DNA of 63,134 bases, the filler included, from Octopus bimaculoides (taxonomy: Eukaryota): NCBI RefSeq assembly GCF_001194135.2. It is 7 parts of 7 records of this genome, joined end to end, with 100 filler letters (N's around TTAATTAATTAA, not from the genome) between each part and the next. Parts side by side here need not be neighbours in the genome. Positions count along the whole stretch, not along the records: positions 36,618 to 47,183 come from NC_068984.1; positions 47,284 to 55,522 come from NC_068999.1; 5 more parts are not named here. One strand, 5' to 3'. The position numbers and the translations under genes are program-made. The notes beneath the pieces are model-generated. The model did not search any database, was not told the origin of the DNA, and saw only the letters and a list, made by a program, of their open reading frames with translations. Positions 38,451 through 52,982 of this stretch are shown here, in pieces (position 1 is the first letter of the stretch; every line of letters begins with the position of its first letter).

Positions 38451-39226
38451 TGTGGAGTGTAAGACGTTTTATCATTGCTATTACCCCCAGTGAATTGAAA
38501 TAGGATGAAACTCTCATAACCTATGGAAATTACTTCTGGAAGTGACTTTCTTTACCATAACATGTAATCCCATAACGTATATTACCTTGGAATTAACTTT
38601 TTTTTACCATTTCTTACTATTTTTATTATTTTATTATTTCATTTTATGATTTTACCTTACTTCCTCACATGTTAGATTCCTAACATTATGGTCTCTCTGA
38701 TGCAGCTTTGGGGCTCAATTATTGTCCACCCCTGCCCAATTTTGTTCAGCCTTTGTATAATGCCTGTATATTACTGGTATGATGTGGAAACCTTGGCAAG
38801 CTGGACACCTCCAAAGTAGAAACAGCTGTAAAGGTTTAGTACTTTTTCACTCATTTATTCTTATTCATTTATTTATTCTTATTTATTTATTTACTTGTTT
38901 ATTTATTTATTTTCATTACTTATACGTATGATTGCAATTAATTAATAAATAGATCCAAATGATTGTTTACAGGCTGATGTCTGCCGATTGATTATCCTCT
39001 CCATTTTCTTATTTGCCTTATAAATTCAGGGTAAATTTCTGCTTTATCCCCATTCATACCTATTATTCAATTGCGCTATTGCTCTTCAACAGTAAGCACA
39101 TAGATATAAATACGTAAGTATACATCCAGTAGTATATTGGATATTTATTATTTCTTAGATGATTAACCTCTAACTCATACACACACACACACACACACAC
39201 ATACACACGCACATATATATATATAT

Positions 39227-39277
<51 letters not shown>

Positions 39278-40149
39278 TTCATATCTTTCAGGTGTTCGCT
39301 CCAAGGGCTCATTTTTTTCTACCTTCGCCAGTACTTCATGTATTACATTCAGGCAATCTTTTCATCTTTTTGTTGTAAGAGTGATGAATTACCTCTAGTT
39401 TTGTCGTTAGTTTGACACAGTGTAGTGACCATAATTGAAAGCAATAGTCTTAGCGGCTAAGATCAAATATCCTGGCGTTCCCTTGTTCTGAATACTCGCA
39501 GAAGTTTGCCAGCCAGTTCCCTGCTCATTGTTGCTGTCTTGGTGATATGCAGATGGAACGATGCCTTATTCCTGTTGTAGTAATTCTGAATATATAACCT
39601 CAATCTCTCATGGTTCTGTGTCTTCTGATTGCGATGTGTTCGTGGGTCGATTGCAATGCGTTTAGAATTTCCAGCATTGGACCGCACATTGTTTTCTTCA
39701 GCCCATTTGAGTATGACATTTAAGTTTCACTGTAGGTTTTTGATAAGATCGAGTTACTTTCATCGTCACTCATTTCTACAGATTTTTCTTTTTCTTTATA
39801 ACTCATTTCTGTCTATCAGTTTCACAAGACATTGTAGCTGGAGGCTACACCACGCAGTTGGAATATCACCTCAAATCTGAATGCCTTCCACGACAACGGA
39901 TGGTGATCATATTGCTAAATTGTATGCTATGATCAGTATGCACAATAATTACTTTTGTCAGTCATCCATGAATGGATAAAAATCACAGTAACGGGCCCTG
40001 ATGATTTCCTACAATTTTCTTAAAGATATAAAAGAAAACCAGCAAAACAAATGCAGATACTTTTCTAAAACTTCTATGCATATGGTAAGTTAAAAGAAAA
40101 AGGTACTTATTTCTCGTTTAGAGATTTTAGAACTAACTACTTTGATCGT

Positions 40150-42100
40150 TACGAGATCAGCGGCTGTCTGTCGTTCCTCTGTTCATATATTGTAAGTAGG
40201 GACGATTCACTGCCATCTCTAGCAGGCAGGTATCCAGTGCTGAAAAAGACGTTTTCCTGGCGACTAAAATGTAGTAACAGAGTTCTGTGTTGAACAGTCA
40301 TGTTATAGTGGCAAAAATTGTTACTGTCTAGTATTGTTACTACAATTTTAGAACTAACAATTTTATACATTTTCTCCATAAATGAGAAAGCATATCAGAG
40401 AATAAACCCAGAAGCCTATCCATCTGGTTTCGCACACAGATAAGGAAAAAATTGTTAAAGAGAAATTTTCAGTAGAACATTTTGCTCAGTGGCACCAGAC
40501 ACTGTCACACAGCTCCTACGCAATTATGGCTGGGTACTAAAACAGCAGTTTAGTCACTCAGACGAAATTGTGATATATCCCGACTTTGAGCTAGTCTTTT
40601 AATAAAGTTGATAATAGAATAATACGTCACAAATCATCGGCTATGTTGACAATACAAACTATCACCGGCAGTCAAGAACCTCGATCTTATCAAAAACCTA
40701 CAGTGAGACTTACAATTATAATCGATTATGCACCTTAAAATAACAAGCTCGGAGGATATCACAAAACATTAGCATATTATAGATTTCATCTTTAGAAAAG
40801 AAAGGATATTAATAGCATCAGCGTCGCAAATTCCACGTAACAACGATCGTTCAACCGATCAAAGAATGATAATTTGCAACCAGAAAATTGTAATTATGCC
40901 AAAAAGAAACAAACATGTAGAATGATTAAGTATATTTCATAATTCAAGTAAGTGAACTTATCCGAATCCTTTCTAAAATGATTTAAGGAAAATTTGGAAA
41001 ATGTTAAACTTGAAAAATTAATAAAAACCAAGATTATTTTGATGAAAGTGGTGAAAGCATAAATTAACAATTCATAATTCATTAAAAGGGTTCGAAAAAA
41101 GTTGTTTTTTTTTTAAATTCCAGAAAAGGAAAGAGTTTTGGCAATAAAAAATTGTTCAAGTAAAGAAGATAAAAACACTAAACATTTCTCTCGTGTTCTG
41201 CATGGTCCTCGGTCTTCCTGATCATCACCTTCCTTAAAAACATACAGCTCGATATTCTTCCTTAAATCTTTTGAAATTCTGAATCGTTGGTTCGAACATT
41301 TTCGGAGTGTTCTCAATAAAAAAAAAAGCTCTTGATATTCTACCCTCAAGCAGATATAAATATATTTTAATGAATATCAAAGGATCTGTCCAGCTTTCAA
41401 AAAGGCGCGGATGACATCCAACCGAAATCTAAGAAAACAGGTAGTTCCATATTTATTGACAACCTTGTCGACTTGTTTAATCTTATACAGCAAAATTAAA
41501 AACTCCCTTAAGAATTCAAAGTTATCTTCATCAGTTATGATTATAAGGGTTACATATAGTCGTACGACTATCGTACAGTATTTCGATTTAATGAAAAGCA
41601 AGCAAAATCACCAAGATGATTTGTGCAGTGAACTTGGAACAGTGGATGCGATACTCTCTCTTGCCAATCGAAAGAAAATTCCGTAAGCAAAACCGTAATT
41701 TGTACATTTGAATAAACCTGACAGAATAGGTTGAGCTTGACAATGGAACTTTTGGGGTAATGAAGGAACTTAGATCTCAGGAGAAATTCTTTAGTAAGAT
41801 TATGACCCTACTCAATGGCAGGACGATCTCTGTTGCATTTACGGTATCAACTGGTATTACAGAGATCATGTTTTAACCCCAACAATGTTCAGTGTTTATT
41901 CAATGAAATTCTTATTTATCTATCGGTTTGTATAACATTTATAATTTGTACACAAATGTGAAACAGCACCAGCTGTAATATTTTGTATGATAAAAAAAAC
42001 TTCTTGAAGAGACTTGTGTCAAAAAACACAGGGTTGAAATCAGTATGTCAATGGATTGCTAGAGACAATGTTTTGATCTGATTTAATCATTTCAGTGACG
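40150..42100 (-). pseudogene. Possible highly decayed Penelope-like element
   Basis: Faint minus-strand echoes (LYSNV near 41720, FLDF near 41430). Not alignable in one frame. Confidence 0.3.
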
Positions 42101-42484
42101 AATACCCTGGACACTCAGAGATCAGGCAAAACGTCTTTTTCCGATAGTGAAATCGATAAATTAAACACTTCTTTGTGCGAAACCTAACCACGCTAGAATT
42201 GAATTAATATATGATCTTGAAACAGCATTAGTATGAACAGCATTAGTGTGTTTGAGAACATTCTGAAGCATAATATTGCAGCTAGAGTCATTCCATCTTT
42301 GTATATAAATTCTAAATGGTATTTTAATGTAATGCTGTTTGTTTCAAATGCGTATATTAATTTAATTCTTGTCTGGCGACTCACTTGCGATTCGGAGCGA
42401 GATCCTGTTTTTTAAAGTCACTTTTAAAGTCACTTTTGCCAAGTTTCTCAGAGAAAATATATTACAGCTACTACCGTTCTGTGT

Positions 42485-42700
42485 TTGTATTATTATCTCC
42501 GCCTTAGCGAAGGCAGAGGTATTGTTTTCAGTCGTGTTTGTTTCTTTGTTTGTCTGTGGACAAGATATCTCAAGAACTGCTGGATGGATTCGGATGAAAC
42601 TTTCAGGGATGTTTGACCTCATGACTGGCACGAACTGATTAGATTTTCGGATCGATCTGGTACTGGACAAGGATTCTGGATTATTTTTGTGTTTTTTTTT
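42485..42700 (+). mobile_element. Helentron-associated non-autonomous element (HINE/DINE-1-like 5' part)
   Basis: TTATCTCCGCCTTAGCGAAGGCAGAGG subterminal hairpin, then GTTTGTTTCTTTGTTTGTCTGT and GGATGGATTCGGATGAAACTTTCAGG. Confidence 0.55.
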
Positions 42701-42801
42701 TTACTTAATTACTCATGTGAATAAAAACGGAATGAAACAAGTTTCGCGTAAATCTGACCACGGGTTACCGAGTTGTGCGGTTGGGTACCTTGAACTATTG
42801 G

Positions 42802-42828
42802 TGACCCAACGGGTCACGGGTATTCTAG
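42802..42828 (+). mobile_element. Helitron-type 3' terminus
   Basis: Hairpin TGACCC-AAC-GGGTCA, short spacer, then CTAG followed by T. Confidence 0.55.
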
Positions 42829-45739
42829 TATCAATTAAAACTTTATAAAAGTCTGATGTATAACTACACACATGTTACAGTATGTTTAACCAAATGAATA
42901 CTATTTAAAGTAGGTTGCGTTTAACATATTAAATGTGAAACTAAGAGTATATAAACTATAGATAGTTTGATCAAAAAATAAAATACAGTTCGCAATTACC
43001 GAAATCATTGCTATTAGGTAATTTTTTATTCTCATAAATGATAATGTATTCTATTTATGAAAGGAATTTCGGAATATGGTGCTTTATATGCATACCAGTC
43101 AGTTAGAATTTTCAAAATATTTCAATTATTTCTATACGGTAAAAAGTATTTAGGTTTAAAATATATTTCGATAATTAGTGCTCAATTATTTCTTCAAATA
43201 TTTTCTTTCTGTTTATTTCCATTTTCTTTAGAATCAAAATATGGGATAGGGATTCACACAAACTTCAACTGTTTTCGTGGGCTCATTTCCGAAAATAGTC
43301 TTTTACCAAATAGGTAAATTTTTTTCCTACTAACTTAGTAGAAGAGTAGGTAGTGTTAATGTGATGCTAGCCTTATTGGTTATTATGATTTTTGCTCTAT
43401 ATCCGTAGCAAAAACAAATCAACCCTGCATGACCGATGAAAATGTGTTATGGTAAGCACAGATGTTCCCAGAAATAAAACCTGACACCTTTCTCTAGAGT
43501 TCCCTTTCTATTTAACTACTTGTAACAGAATAGACAATTATTGAGAAAATATTTGGGATGAATTTCTGTTAACTGAACACTGGTGTCATAAAACTCTTGG
43601 CTTCACATTATTTTACATTGGTGTGTACGTACAGAGGAACAGAAATCAATGAAACTGATGAGTTGTGTTGTCTTATATTGAGTTCCACTGATCTTGTGGG
43701 CAAGATATCTGCGATAAAAAAAAATATCTCCACAGGTGTGTTCCACAGAAAAATGGATTTTTATAGTTTTAGAATATATTATTTTTCAATATATTTTATA
43801 TATTTGGAATTTTCAGTACTTCAAATTCAGAGAAATAACTGAATTGGAACTTTTGTAACAATAAAGTTATGGGGAGAGAGCAGGAATGTTAACAACGCAA
43901 AGTATAAGAGTTGTCGAGTTGTGTGTTGGCTAGTATTAGGACATAACTTGCATCTCATTGAACCAAAGCACGTCCTAATACAAGACACATCATGTGTTAC
44001 CAAAACAGAGGCTAGTAATTAAAATAGTGACATTTTGACAAGCGCTAGATTTGGGGTTGAAAGCTTCTCGCTGACGGAGGTACATGCCATCATATCTAAG
44101 AACAATTTTCAGTTTGAAATTTTCAGATTATAATCAAAAGTTTGAAACAAACATAATTCTTAAATATTCATATTTTCTTAAAGACATATAAAAAAGTTTG
44201 AATATTGAAGATGTCTCTAAGAAATCATTGTAATTTAGTTCTACTATTTTTAGTGAAGAATGCCTGTAGAAAATAAAGATTCAACCAATGTAGAAGACTA
44301 AAATGATACAGAGTGTTGTATAAGATGCAAAATTATGGAAATATACTTCATATTTGCTTCTGTGAAAAGTTCGAATAGTAGGACTATGTTGTTGATATAA
44401 AAGGTTTTCTATTGTAGCTTTAAGCCATATCAACCGAAAGTTCGTACAATGTTCTTAAACAGAAGTGAACGCATATATATGCGTTCACAAGTGGAGTGTG
44501 CACTTAAATATGTGTTTATATGCAAGTGGATGTTTCTGTTAGTATATTCCTGTCTGTACATGTATGTATAGGTGCCTGAGTATAAACAACTGTGCGATTC
44601 ACCTATGCATGTACCTGTAGTGATCCATCATTCGAGCTTTCTGTATGAAATTTAGTTGAAAGTAATAACTGTGTTCTTGTAGCAATGTATGTTGGATGGT
44701 CCTTTGTGTTAAAAGAATGTGTAAAAAGAGACATTGCTCTATTGGCGACAGTTCTGTGTGAAGCAACGTATGTAATCAAAGTTGTAAGAGTCTTCAGGTT
44801 GTGAAAGGCTGTAATCAATGCTTACAGGGTTTGTAAGGTCGTGTAGCTGAGTAGGTTTTGAGGGCTGTAAGACTGTGATGAGCCATCTGCTAGAGACTGA
44901 GAGGTTGTGTTCAAGCAACAGCTTGTGTGGAACGAACTCGATGATATCATGCAAAGTATAGCCTTGTTATATTGATGTGAGTATATGTAGAACGAACGCA
45001 CCAGCTATGGAAGGCCTTCTATTTGATGTAGAAACACATTGAATAATTGAGAATTAGCTCAATTTACGCGTCAAAAAATATTGCGAAGGTGAGTTCGCAA
45101 TAGTACTCGGTTTTGTAACTGACCCTTTTTCGGGAAAGATTTATTACCCGCTCAGCGTAAGAAATTAGGAGTTGAGTAATTATTTTTCCCGGGTATATTC
45201 AATATTGAATGTCATCACCAGTGTAGTGAATGCGGTATGTTTGTGCAGTATTTAGGAGCTCCAAGTGTCAAATTTGACTATGCATTTGACTGCGCAAACC
45301 CTAAGAAAGATGCTTTTTAAGAAGACTGGTAGTTGCCCATGCAGACAAGTTTTCCGGCCCAACATCACAATGTTTGTCCAAAGGAAAGACGACTGATTCG
45401 AACCGATATAGTATGGTAATAGTGTCGTCGAAGGTTTTACTGTCACAACGCAAAGATCCAGGACAGGTTCCGCTAAACACCTCGACTGACTTTCAAACAG
45501 TCCCGTCAATCCTCAACCCATCGCCCTAAAACGGTGCTTCTTATTGACCCCGAAAAGAGGAACAGTAAAGTTGACTTCCCTGAGATTTGAATTCAGTGCT
45601 CAGAGATCCGAAACAACTACAGCGAGGTATTCAATCCATTCTCTAAGCTGGAAGTCAGTGAATGTGGATGAGCCCTCCAGAAAATGAGCAACATTATGAG
45701 GCATTAATTGCAGGACCTGGCCGCAATTGTAATTAGTAG

Positions 45740-45943
45740 GGGATCCCCACTGGAAAACATATTTCACCTGCACCCTTTAACAAACAGAGGCACAATACAA
45801 TTGAAAGTGTAATAAGAGGCGGCAGCAAAGACCAGAGATCAGGTCTTGACACTTGCAACACAATGCACTCCCCCCGAATGTCCCATGGACCAGCTGCTAG
45901 TGGTAAACTGGGAAACCGAATAGGTCTACCACTGTTTATGACG
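45740..45943 (+). CDS. Candidate upstream (hinge) exon of the nuclear receptor, unconfirmed
   Basis: 204-nt stop-free, non-repetitive frame between AG (45738-39) and GTAAAT (45944), ending ...GLPLFMT. Weak acceptor and no firm homology. Confidence 0.2.
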
Positions 45944-46835
45944 GTAAATGTTTCAAGTTTCTCACTCACTTAAGCCTACAGTGTCATGAAATTCCAGTAT
46001 GAACATCACTAAGTTTTTACCTCAAAATCAAGGTTACATAAATATTTTACATGAGTTACGTAGAATATCACTCAGTCATAGTGGGCTAAGGTTTATTATG
46101 TTCTTTCATTTTATACTGGCAGTTATAAAAAAAACATTATAAGAGTGAAAATTTAGTCACTGGATCTGTGCAGTTGTTGAATACATAAAAGTTGATAAAC
46201 TTTGAAAAGACTAGAAGAAATGGTATAGCAATGAAACTATACAATAGTAGAAATTCAGAGACATTCGTGAAAAAAAGATTAGTTTAGCTACTTATATTTA
46301 ATTTAATATCTGTCTTTGCATATATTCCAAATTATCTATGTTGGTTGGAACCATTGCTTTCATAGAAAGCTTTCACAAATTTCTATCACCCCCTACACTC
46401 TTCAACACTGTGTATTAGATACATATTATGTCCGTATTGAAACTGCTTTTCTTCAACAAAAACTTTATATTACTTTACACGTTATATATTCAGTATTGAC
46501 ATTGAAAGAAAAATACTGCTTTTATACAAAATGGAAATTACCTTCACCAATTTAGTGGTCGTATCTGTGTGTATGTATGTATGTATGTATGCTTGTGTTC
46601 GCGCATACGTGTGTTTATTGAACAAAATATTATCCAATTATCTTTCATGATAGTTAAAATAAGAATACAATAACGGGGAAAATCTTTAATCTAAATTTCA
46701 TAATTACTAATCCTATGAGGATTCGTTGCAGACAGTACCGAACTAAGCTAAATGCGTTGTTATCTTAATTCTACGGAATATTCTTTTGATGCCAATTCCA
46801 ATGCTCAGAGAGTACGAAACAATCACGTGACTAAG

Positions 46836-46869
46836 TTTAGAACCTTTTGTACGTACAAAAGGTTCTAAA
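46836..46869. repeat. 34-bp perfect palindrome
   Basis: TTTAGAACCTTTTGTAC|GTACAAAAGGTTCTAAA. Confidence 0.95.
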
Positions 46870-47132
46870 ATTAATCTCCTGATCATTACGAGACATGTTC
46901 ATTCAACTGTGTCAGCCTTAACTTACAACGACAAACATTGTCACTTGACATTAACACTCGGACGTAGCGGGGAACCTACAAAAATTTCTAAGACAAGTCA
47001 TATCCTCTACCTATAAAGTCCTATGCAAAACATACTAATTTGAGCCATGTACTCCCTATAAAAATAGAACAATCTTCAAACGCTAGTCGAAAGCAAGTGG
47101 ATTTGGTAGACGGAAATTGAAAGCCAGTCGTG

Positions 47133-47183
<51 letters not shown>

Positions 47184-47469
47184 NNNNNNNNNNNNNNNNN
47201 NNNNNNNNNNNNNNNNNNNNNNNNNNNTTAATTAATTAANNNNNNNNNNNNNNNNNNNNNNNNNNNNNNNNNNNNNNNNNNNNTATATATATATATATAT
47301 ATGCATAAATATACATATATACATATACGTGTATAAATACATATACATACATATATATATATCCATACATATATATACACACACATATATATATATATAT
47401 CCATACATATACATATATATATACATATATATGTTCATACATATATATATGTATATATGTATGTATACG

Positions 47470-47503
<34 letters not shown>

Positions 47504-48036
47504 TGTATGTATGTATGTATGTGTGTGTGTGTGTATGTATGTATAAATATATATACGCACACAGAGGGAGATGGAGATTGAGATAGAGTGAGAGAGACAG
47601 ATAGACAGACTCACAAATGTACACGCACATATGTATTTGTGTATTAATAATTAATGGAACATTTTAATTATTATGCAATTAATTATAAAACCTAATAAAC
47701 GTCCTTCACACAGAGATATCTTTGTTAAATATTAATATAATAAATTGTTTTCTAATTAAGAGAGTCTCTTTCTTGAAAAACGTATTATATTCTCGAAGTT
47801 GTGAATACGTTAATTGGTTATATTAAAAACCGATAACAAAGTAATAAGAATGTAATTAGTGTAAAGATACAGGTGTTGGGGGAGGGGATGTGTTTCTGTG
47901 TCCCACTCTCTTGTACAAAAGGCTTTCCAAATATGACGAACACTTCTTATTTTGGTTTTATGTGGTATAGAGTATCTGTGATTACATTATCAAATATCAC
48001 ATTCAATTTTGTGAATTACTCCATGCTGGAGTACCG

Positions 48037-48095
<59 letters not shown>

Positions 48096-48116
48096 TATAT
48101 ACATAAATATATACAA

Positions 48117-48149
<33 letters not shown>

Positions 48150-48150
48150 G

Positions 48151-48210
<60 letters not shown>

Positions 48211-48477
48211 GAATAGATAGGGAACGGGAGAATATATATATTAGAAAACCACACTACCTCTGGCTATATATGGCCATTCATTGGTACACCATATATGGAC
48301 AAGCAAACATACGCACTCACAATCGCTTATAAGCATATATAGACACAAACATACACACATAAACACGCACATACATACATACATACATACATACATACAA
48401 GTAAACAAAAGAACCAACAAAACTGAAAAAGTAAATAAGCGTAATCAACAGAAATTATAGACGTGCACACACACACT

Positions 48478-48853
<376 letters not shown>

Positions 48854-49559
48854 CACTTGAGAGAAGGTATTTATTTGATACGAGAAAAGGGTGAAGAAAA
48901 ACAGTGAAATGGAGAGAATATGAGTCGTAATTGCGGAAGACAGTAACTTCCGGTTTGTCCACTGATGGTCGGATGTAGCAATTGTCGTTTGGCGCGCGTA
49001 GGTGACAGGGTTATATCGTAGGGTCCGAAGATAAAGAGGAATAAATAAATAAATAAATAAATGGCAAAATTAAGATAATTAATACATGAGAAATCTGTGT
49101 AAGGATGCGAGAGGAAGTGTGAGTCGAAAATTTTGGATTGAGTGGAAAGATAGAGAGAAAGAACGAGAGAAGGAGAGAGGGTTAATGAAATGGAAAAGAA
49201 AAAAAGTGAGGCTACTTAAATAAGGAGTTAAAAAGGGGCGAAGATGAACAAGCGGATATGTGATTGGGTATATACGTGTGTTAGTGTGGATGTAGGGATA
49301 GCTCTGTAGTTTAGGGAAAAAATATCAAACATCAAACTCCCTTATTCACCAAACGCCACATATCAGAAGGTGTTTCGAATAGTGAAGGTGGTGCAAAATC
49401 AACAGTGGTGCTCCAGCATGACCGCAGCTTTCGAGTTCGGACGAGTGATGAGAATTTCACAGAATTCTCATGTTTTTTTTTTCCAGCGAGCAACTAAAAC
49501 GCCTGCTTCCTGGGCAATATCGGATACCCTGTTTCTACATACTTTTGACTGTTTTCTAA

Positions 49560-49930
49560 GTTATATTCTTTCCTACTCTAGACTCAAGGCCCGAAATTTT
49601 GAGGGAGAGGGCCACTCGATTAGATCGACCCCAGAACGCAATTGGTACTTAATTTATCGACCCCACCGAAAGGACGAAAAGCAAAATCGACCTCAGCGGA
49701 ATTTGAACTCAGAACGTAAAGAATGACGAAATCTTTTTCTACTCTAGACTCAAGGTCCGAAATTTCTGTGGGAGGAGACAGTCGATTACATCGATTTCAG
49801 GACGCAACTGGTACTTAATTTATCGATTCCGAATGGATGGAAGGCAAAATCAACCTCCGCGGAATTTGAACTCAGAACAAAAAGACAAACGAAATACCGT
49901 TGATCATTTCCCCCGGGGTGCTAACACTTC
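49560..49930 (-). mobile_element. Two tandem SINE family B copies
   Basis: TCTTTCCTACTCTAGACTCAAGG...GGAATTTGAACTCAGAAC occurs twice (about 49567 and 49733). Confidence 0.8.
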
Positions 49931-50016
49931 TACCAGCTCGCCGCCTTCGTAAGTTATGTTGACATTTGTATAATATGTGTATGTATATATTATTTTATAA
50001 TTCTTTATATTTATAG

Positions 50017-50269
50017 GTGGCGCTACTAAATGACTGCTGGCGAGAATTATTTCTTCTAAGCCTCGTTCAGTGGGAAGTACCATTTTCTCCGCTGGCATTA
50101 CTAGAACACGAACCAGAATTAATGCCTGGAGGCGAGCTAAATGGTCCACCGACAGCTCGACTGTGCGCTGAGATCCAACACATGAAAGAGATCCTCAGCA
50201 GATTTAAGTTACTAAATATTGACCCAATGGAATTCACATGTCTCAAAGCCATTGTCTTGTTTAGACCAG
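50017..50269 (+). CDS. NR2E-subfamily nuclear receptor, LBD exon (about helices 5-9)
   Basis: Acceptor TTTATAG|GTG and donor CCAG|GTAAGT. VALLNDCWRELFLL...EIQHMKEILSRFKLLNIDPMEFTCLKAIVLFRP matches NR2E LBD motifs (WxELF.L, D.xEF.C.KA..LF.P). Exact paralogue not determinable by eye. Confidence 0.95.
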
Positions 50270-50338
50270 GTAAGTTATCCAGCTTTTTGACAGCAGGTTA
50301 ATTAGCAGGTTAATTACACTTGTTATTTATGCATACGC

Positions 50339-50460
<122 letters not shown>

Positions 50461-50614
50461 NNNNNNNNNNNNNNNNNNNNNNNNNNNNNNNNNNNNNNNN
50501 NNNNNNNNNNNNNNNNNNNNNNNNNNNNNNNNNNNNNNNNNNNNNNNNNNNNNNNNNNNNNNNNNNNNNNNNNNNNNNNNNNNNNNNNNNNNNNNNNNNN
50601 NNNNNNNNNNNNNN

Positions 50615-50657
<43 letters not shown>

Positions 50658-51124
50658 CACATACATATATGAGTTTACGATATATTCGTAATGTAGCTAA
50701 AGAAAAGAAAACGGTAGACACTGGTGCCATCGCACACTCGTCCATCCAACGCCACCATGTGTCTTATATATGGAAGCAACACAATGAACGAATGAAGAGA
50801 AAACTGCACAAAAAGTCTATTACTCTAGCCAGTTCAATCAATACAAAATTGTGAAATATTGAAGTTTAGGTATTTTTGGTTAGTCAGGCCATCCATAGTA
50901 TAAAAAGAACAACAGTTTTCGTAACTGAGTAAACTTTAAACTTTAAAACTCCGCTGACATTTCCAAGTCTTTTTGAGGAAAAACTTAGAACATAGCAAGA
51001 GAAGACTAGTTGTATTCAGCGAAGATTTTCACTTTGATGATCCGCCATTTCTAAAATGTCAGACTCGTGAAAAATAAATGCATGAACGTTTGTTGGCAAA
51101 CATAAACAAAATAAACACAAGCAT

Positions 51125-51177
<53 letters not shown>

Positions 51178-52290
51178 TGATTGATTGATGAATAGATTGG
51201 TAGACATACAGAGAGAGAGAGAGAGAGAGAGATTGATATTTAGATAGTCAAATGGATAGATAGACCGATATATAGATAGGTAAATCGATAAATGTAAAGA
51301 GACATACTAATAATTTTATACATGGACACAAACCGNNNNNNNNNNNNNNNNNNNNNNNNNNNNNNNNNNNNNNNNNNNNNNNNNNNNNNNNNNNNNNNNN
51401 NNNNNNNNNNNNNNNNNNNNNNNNNNNNNNNNNNNNNNNNNNNNNNNNNNNNNNNNNNNNNNNNNNNNNNNNNNNNNNNNNNNNNNNNNNNNNNNNNNNN
51501 NNNNNNNNNNNNNNNNNNNNNNNNNNNNNNNNNNNNNNNNNNNNNNNNNNNNNNNNNNNNNNNNNNNNNNNNNNNNNNNNNNNNNNNNNNNNNNNNNNNN
51601 NNNNNNNNNNNNNNNNNNNNNNNNNNNNNNNNNNNNNNNNNNNNNNNNNNNNNNNNNNNNNNNNNNNNNNNNNNNNNNNNNNNNNNNNNNNNNNNNNNNN
51701 NNNNNNNNNNNNNNNNNNNNNNNNNNNNNNNNNNNNNNNNNNNNNNNNNNNNNNNNNNNNNNNNNNNNNNNNNNNNNNNNNNNNNNNNNNNNNNNNNNNN
51801 NNNNNNNNNNNNNNNNNNNNNNNNNNNNNNNNNNNNNNNNNNNNNNNNNNNNNNNNNNNNNNNNNNNNNNNNNNNNNNNNNNNNNNNNNNNNNNNNNNNN
51901 NNNNNNNNNNNNNNNNNNNNNNNNNNNNNNNNNNNNNNNNNNNNNNNNNNNNNNNNNNNNNNNNNNNNNNNNNNNNNNNNNNNNNNNNNNNNNNNNNNNN
52001 NNNNNNNNNNNNNNNNNNNNNNNNNNNNNNNNNNNNNNNNNNNNNNNNNNNNNNNNNNNNNNNNNNNNNNNNNNNNNNNNNNNNNNNNNNNNNNNNNNNN
52101 NNNNNNNNNNNNNNNNNNNNNNNNNNNNNNNNNNNNNNNNNNNNNNNNNNNNNNNNNNNNNNNNNNNNNNNNNNNNNNNNTATATACATTCTCTCTCTCT
52201 GTCTCACACACACACACATATATATAGATATATGAATTTATATGAATACAATGATTATTGACTTCATTTCATTTTGTCTTTTTCTTCTAG

Positions 52291-52538
52291 AATGTCCTGC
52301 TTTGAATGACATCCGAGCGATAGAAAACTACCAAGACCAGGCCCAGCTGATGCTTACAGAATACATTCGCTGTCACACACCTCATTCGGCCACCCGATTT
52401 GGCAAACTGCTCATGTTGCTTCCGTGCTTGCGGACCATCAACGCTCACAGTATGGACAGGCTTTTGTTCAGGAACATTATTGGTGACATCCCCATCGAAA
52501 CACTCATTATGAACATGTTTCACGAAGACCGATTATAA
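52291..52538 (+). CDS. NR2E-subfamily nuclear receptor, terminal LBD exon with AF-2 helix and stop
   Basis: Polypyrimidine tract plus TTCTAG acceptor. Phase-1 join gives RP-E-CPAL...ENYQDQAQLML...TRFGKLLMLLPCLR...IGDIPIETLIMNMFHEDRL*. QDQAQ, RFGKLL and IG.xP are NR2E hallmarks. Confidence 0.95.
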
Positions 52539-52625
52539 TATATACACCTACCTGCTATACACACGTCTGCATATGCACGCGAGAGGCATTAACACACGCA
52601 TCTGTATAAAGAGGCATACATCCCT

Positions 52626-52665
<40 letters not shown>

Positions 52666-52893
52666 ATGTGTGTGTGTGTGCGTGTGTGTGTGTGCGTGTG
52701 TGTGTGTGTGTGTGNNNNNNNNNNNNNNNNNNNNNNNNNNNNNNNNNNNNNNNNNNNNNNNNNNNNNNNNNNNNNNNNNNNNNNNNNNNNNNNNNATATA
52801 TATATATATACATATGTATAATTGGAGGATGGCTTAGTACATTTTAGTGGGGCTGTATATGTGCATATTGATTAAATTTTTACCGTTAATGCA

Positions 52894-52982
52894 TTGACAG
52901 TGATTTCAAAGTTTCGTCAGACCAGCCTCATCAGTCTGTCTTTCTGACGGTCAGTAGGCTGAAAATTTGAAGTCACTATCAA
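52894..52982. ncRNA. Family H2 double-hammerhead-like palindromic element, about 355 bp after the stop
   Basis: Minus: GACAGA-CTGATGA-GGC(TGGTCT)GAC-GAAAC-TTTGAA-ATC-ACTGTC, with an intact core and complementary stem I. The plus copy CTGACGG...GAAAATTTGAAGTCACTATCAA is degenerate. Confidence 0.55.

Noticed and set aside
46081-46089. AG|TGGGCTAAG|GT, which would encode WAK of NR2E helix 3 as a micro-exon
   Set aside because: A 9-nt match is expected by chance, the splice context is weak, and the remaining ...DQ segment was not found.
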